A stretch of 64,000 nt of DNA from Amphiscolops sp. MND2022 (Eukaryota): the NCBI GenBank assembly GCA_964187785.1, contig OZ076409.1, positions 85,500,001 to 85,564,000 of the forward strand, in the 5' to 3' direction. Shown here piece after piece: positions 59,171 through 64,000 of the stretch. How positions within the stretch are numbered: position 1 is the first letter of the stretch; each line of letters begins with the position of its first letter. The position numbers and the translations under genes are program-made. The notes beneath the pieces are model-generated. The model was not told the DNA's origin. It did not search any database and saw nothing but the letters and a program-made list of their open reading frames with translations.

Positions 59171-61004
59171 CTAAAAATGGGAGCATTGAAAAATCTAACT
59201 AAACTCATGAGCAAACTTTATAAGCACAAAGAATAGCCACAAGATTCCGCAATTTTGACTAGTTTCCAAATAGTTTGTTTAAAGTTTCCGTGAGCAGTGA
59301 AAACTATATATGTTTTAGAAGAAAGTTTTCTGACTACTTGAAAGTTGATCTTTGTTGCGTTTCGCGAAAATTTTGAGCTGTAGGATTTTAGTGCTGTTTT
59401 CACTTGTTTTTAGTCATTGATTTTGTGAGAAATGTGCCAGACTATTTCAACGTTTTCTGGCCATCATTCGTGAGACGACAGAATGTATGCGATTGGTCGA
59501 CTTTTCAACAGAGTTTGTTCACATCACCAGTAGTTAGAATGGGCGCTTCTCAAGCAAGCTGCCATCGGTTCCATGTCTGCCGGTGACTATATATCTTTGT
59601 TTGCAAACCGTTACGTGTGAAAGCGTCCCCGCTTTGGGTTCTTTCGACACTGTTATATTTACCGTTTTTATTTCAATAAAGGGTGTCTCCGCCGGTTTTA
59701 CTATGTGTCAACTTTCGAAACGACGTTTTTCAACTCTGAAGGGTCCCGTTTTTGAGCATTTGGCACTATTTCACCTCAGTGAAATTCGTTTCGCCAAGTT
59801 ACGGAGAACAGGTGGAGCAAACATTTTTCATACAGTAAAGACCATTTGGCTTGGCCATCACCCTATATTGAAATTGTTGATGTTATCTTCGAAGTAGGTT
59901 GCGTTTCACGAAAGAGGAGTTGGGGAAAATTTTGTGTTATACCCAAAATTTTGATGTTTTACGTTATTTTGAATCTGAATTACGTCAGATCTGAATGATT
60001 TTGCGTTTTTCCAAGGCGGAGGTGGAGGTTCAAAAAACGCTCCCATTTGTCCCAGCACGCTATGTCCGAACTTTTGACGTTATATCTGAAATAAATTGAG
60101 TATTATTAAAATTGAGTGTTACTAAAATGGTTCCAAATCATTGCACTATATCAGAACTTTGACGTTTTATGCGATGTAATTTGCGTTTTAGTATTGACGA
60201 AGCCGAGCTTCAAAAAAGCGCTCGCACGTGACTCAGCACGCTATATTGCATTTTGTGAAATTATAGTGTCTCTCAATTCTGTGCGACTTCGCATATTCAA
60301 AACACTTTGCTTTTTTGAAGCATGAGCGGGCACCGACTTTGGCCTTTCTCGGCTTGTTTCATGTTTGAAGAGGAAAATTGTTCGAAGCTGTAGTTCGCCC
60401 CTCCGGATGTTTGTTCGTGTCCGGAACTACCGGTAACAATATCAAGAATCTGCGCACTTTTCTGAGTTTTGAACGGTGCGCCAATTTAGACGCTTCGATT
60501 TTGTTGAAAAATAGAATACCCTAAAAAATTCACAACAAATAAAACTAGCTCTTCAGGGCTGTTTTTAGAATTTTAAACCCAAAAACAATCCTGAAATGTC
60601 TAAAAAACAAAAATGGTTTTAGTTTCTGTTGCGCTGAGCAACTTTCCTACTATTTTCGATATTTTCAAAGTTCATTTTTCGAAGTCAACAAAGATGCACA
60701 TTAATGAGCGAAAACGTTGAAACAAGGTGTAATTTTGTTTCAACAAATTTGTTCATTCTAAGCATATTTATGTGCGTTTGAAAATCCAGAGAGTTCGATA
60801 TCAAAAACCTTGATTGCTACGCATGCTTGCAGTCAGCGTTTCCTCCAAAACAAGTCCGAAAAAAAGAGTTATCAAAAATCTCGTTTTCTGCAGTTTGACG
60901 CCATTGTTGTTCAATTGTCCAATGTCTATCCAGCTTTGGTTTTTTTCAATTTTTTTTCAACGTTTTCAGTGTGAAGTTTAGTTATTGCTATCATCTTTAT
61001 ATTA

Positions 61005-62609
61005 TTGATTCGAAACTACCAAAATGTGAGCCTCTTGCTGTCTGTTGTGTTAACTTGCAACTCCACAGCTTCCTTTAACAAAATCAAGACTTTGGTTGAA
61101 AACGAAAAATTGATAATGCGAACGGAGGAAAGACATGAAGCACTTCAATATCTTCGCGTCAAGTTCGAAAACTCAATATTGGAGACAATAGAAATTACCG
61201 CTGTAATAATGGCCACATCTTGCAAACACTTGGCTGAGTTTTGCGAACTCTGGAGAATTGATGAGAAAATTGTCTCATTCAAATTCGAGAACCTGCTTAT
61301 GGGGTGGTCTGAAGCAAGCTTGTCTTCGGTTTGGTTTGCTTTAGCTAATCCAAAACATGCGAGACAAAATAAGCTGAAAGAGCTAATTGGTAGAACCGTT
61401 TTTTCTCAGAATACAATGTCGGCAATCAAATATTTCATTCGTGAGCACGCGGTTGGAGAAATCTTGAATGCTGATGAATTAAATACATATGAGGTCAAAG
61501 TACAAGTTGATTGCGACGAAAGCAGGTATTTGCAACTTTTAGCGCAAGATGAAATGATGTCGACATTGAGGAAATGTGGCATCAATATCGACCAATTCAC
61601 CTTGTTTGTAGATACAGACAAAACTGGATGGGGTTTTATCAAGTTGAATCTTTCTGTAGTCAAAACAGTAGTGAAGTTCAATAGCAATGTTGAAGTAACT
61701 TTTCCTGCGAAATCTACAATTGACTCTCTATTTGTTTGCATTGAAGTTCATCAGATTCCTGATGACGTAATTCAAAGTGTCAGTCAAGAAGAAGGAATAG
61801 AAGACTATTGTCATTTGAGTCCTGTTGTATTCATTGATCATGAACAAGAGACCCCTTTTCTTCAACCAGTTTCCATTGAAGTCCCATACTCCACGAGGAA
61901 GGGCGAGCTTTTTGGCGAAACCCTCAGTACGAGAGCATATACCAAGCATAAGTGTGAAATTGACTGGAAAACGGTCTCAGAGGAAAACTTAGTGAAGTTA
62001 ACGCATACAATTAGGTATGAATCAAAGCAATTTTCTCCATTTGCAGCAATTACAGAATGCGTACGAAGTTGTTTAAGCTTTCTGTGTTTTGCTCGCGACT
62101 ATTTCGGCAAATGCGTCTATGTAACAATTTCACCCTTGGCGACCAAGGAGAAACCGCATAACGTTGAATTCAACTGCGTCAAACCAACTGAAGCGCAATT
62201 GGAAGATCTGAAGCTAAACACTGCTGGATATAGGTCTGGGGAGTTGCGCAAAGTTGGTATAATGCGTCGGGAAGACCGGATCTTAGTCAAGCTGGAACCC
62301 AACCTTAGAATGGATAAATTTTTCCACAAAGAAAAGGCGGAGAGAAGGCTGCAGTTCTTTTACCCAGAAAATGTGAAAAATCTACAGGAACGCATACTGG
62401 AAAAAGTTGACAGCTCCAAAGATGCGCAAGGCATTGCAACATATTCACTGGTCAGGACCGAAGTAGAGGATGAACTTTTCCAAATTTGTTACACGATACC
62501 TCGGTACCACATGGATGACAAGACCGCGGAAAATGAGGGTGTGATCCAAGAAGGTGAAGATGTTAGTGTTACCATCTTTTATAATATTCAATGTAACTAT
62601 TGCATTTGA
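61005..62609 (+). CDS. ZU5-UPA-like domain protein (PIDD/UNC5/ankyrin-type module); start and 3' end uncertain
   Basis: VEVTFPAKS...HLSPVVFIDH...PFLQPVSIEVPY...DWKTV...KQFSPFAA fits the ZU5 consensus and is followed by a beta-rich UPA-like region. The track start is TTG; first ATG is 61116. Likely splice donor GAT|GTTAGT at 62561/62562. Confidence 0.7.
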   Translation: MIRNYQNVSLLLSVVLTCNSTASFNKIKTLVENEKLIMRTEERHEALQYLRVKFENSILETIEITAVIMATSCKHLAEFCELWRIDEKIVSFKFENLLMGWSEASLSSVWFALANPKHARQNKLKELIGRTVFSQNTMSAIKYFIREHAVGEILNADELNTYEVKVQVDCDESRYLQLLAQDEMMSTLRKCGINIDQFTLFVDTDKTGWGFIKLNLSVVKTVVKFNSNVEVTFPAKSTIDSLFVCIEVHQIPDDVIQSVSQEEGIEDYCHLSPVVFIDHEQETPFLQPVSIEVPYSTRKGELFGETLSTRAYTKHKCEIDWKTVSEENLVKLTHTIRYESKQFSPFAAITECVRSCLSFLCFARDYFGKCVYVTISPLATKEKPHNVEFNCVKPTEAQLEDLKLNTAGYRSGELRKVGIMRREDRILVKLEPNLRMDKFFHKEKAERRLQFFYPENVKNLQERILEKVDSSKDAQGIATYSLVRTEVEDELFQICYTIPRYHMDDKTAENEGVIQEGEDVSVTIFYNIQCNYCI

Positions 62610-63273
62610 GATTTTATAAGGTATGATTTGGCGCACGCTCTGCTCTTATCGCTTTTCTCCAAAATTTCGAATCGAAACTTACTTCAATTATGTGCTCGCT
62701 GAATTTTCTCGCGTCCAATTAAAGAATGAGGGCAACCAATAAGAAGCAAGTTTTTACCATCAAGTTCTGAATTTTTCAACAACAGATCGCTGGATATTCA
62801 CCCATTACGATAATTTTGTTGATAAAACCAGTTCTCGCAAGTTATCATTGCAGAAACATGATAACTGGAATCTAGCAATCAAACATGGCTGGAACAGCAA
62901 TAATTTTTGATGAGTTCGCTTTTGAAGAGTCTTGAAAACTCCTTTTTAAATCTTGTCACTTAAACTATGGTCACAAAGCTCCGAAGATAGGTTTACAATA
63001 ACAACTAGAATAACACAAATTCACTAATTTTGCTATCGAACGTGCCTAGAACGAACCAAAAAGGCCCAAAAATTTGGCCTGCTCTCGAGCCCTAAAAATG
63101 TTGTCGCTAAAAGTGTGCACTGAGCGGACTTTCGGTTGTTTGCAAAAGAATTAGTTTTTTTTGTGTTTTACCAGCTCAACTTCGACGACTGGCGTTAAGT
63201 GCTGACTGGTGTCAACCAAAAAAAATTGGCTCCAAGAAGACCATTCTGAGAACTTTGACGTTTCCTAAACACA

Positions 63274-63275
63274 TT

Positions 63276-63325
<50 letters not shown>

Positions 63326-63330
63326 TTCTT
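63274..63330. repeat. (TTTC)n microsatellite
   Basis: About 12 TTTC units followed by a degenerate tail. Confidence 0.95.
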
Positions 63331-64000
63331 CAAAAATTTGTGGTAGATATTGTGAAACTATGTACAACTACTGCCTGTTTTCTCATCATCAGTTTACAAT
63401 CTTGGTAAAGATATCTCTGTTATAGTTACAATTCATAGTTAGTTCCGATATTTTTAACGGTAATTTTATATGCTAATTGAGGGTTTTGGTCTCCTATGAT
63501 GAAATCAATCTCAGGGATTTTCCAATCACCTTCTCTACAGACGTTGAAATGGAGGCTACAGAACGTGAGCTTATCAAAAATGTGTCAATGTAGCTATTGA
63601 AGCAGATCATTCCTTCTTTGGTATAGTTGAAAACATTGAAAAATGCGACTGTCTTGGAATTTTAGCGACTGAACATCAAAACCTTCAACTTTTTCTGAAA
63701 CAAAAACATTTCTGTTCGAAGCTTTTGAAGTTTCTCTACTAAAAAAATTGTTGCCAGAGCGACTTTGTAGTGATAGCAAACAATACAAGTATTGTTTTAA
63801 AATAAGCCTGTAAAACAAAAATGGCCGTTTTATCTTCGAGCAAAACGTTTTAATATTCTCGTTGTTTGGCTTGAATTTGGTAGGCAACGCGACGTTTCGA
63901 GGAAACAATTATTTAGGGAATGTTTCCGTTTTCGATTTTGTTTCTAATTTGCAGTGATGTCTTTGTGTCTTTTTATGTCTGTTTTTATGAAAAAAAGCGA

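Noticed and set aside
63470..63990. Candidate downstream exon(s) of the ZU5 gene
   Set aside because: No convincing acceptor plus open frame; the acceptor at 63954 is followed immediately by TGA in phase 0. Cannot be resolved within the window.
1..64000. Assigning a species
   Set aside because: Gene and TE content indicate an invertebrate animal (an acoel-like genome is my guess), but nothing in the sequence alone establishes it.

Overview
AT-rich, intron- and transposon-rich eukaryotic (invertebrate animal-like) DNA; no prokaryotic features. I reconstructed two spliced host genes by hand from GT-AG junctions. One is an 11-exon transportin-3 (TNPO3-like, + strand, 6011-23772, 920 aa). The other is a convergent 14-exon gene (- strand, 42229-25979, 820 aa) encoding a signal peptide plus SEVEN tandem stefin (type-1 cystatin) domains joined by Pro-rich linkers, which is the most unusual host locus here. 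The right end has two paralogous uncharacterised ORFs (54799-58566 and ~61005-62609) sharing an unknown domain followed by a ZU5(-UPA)-like module. Mobile DNA includes: two head-to-head CR1/L2-group LINEs whose PHD-finger ORF1 and APE-RT ORF2 are in the same frame, separated by one TGA-CT stop; a recent BEL/Pao LTR element (394-bp LTRs, ACCAA TSD, TG...TA ends) in a TNPO3 intron; a decayed Pao element; decayed LINE fragments; two families of Helentron/DINE-1-like non-autonomous elements; Mutator-like (9-bp TSD) and hAT-like (8-bp TSD) MITEs; tRNA-derived SINE heads; and several hairpins. All homology calls rest on motif recognition by eye, not database searches.
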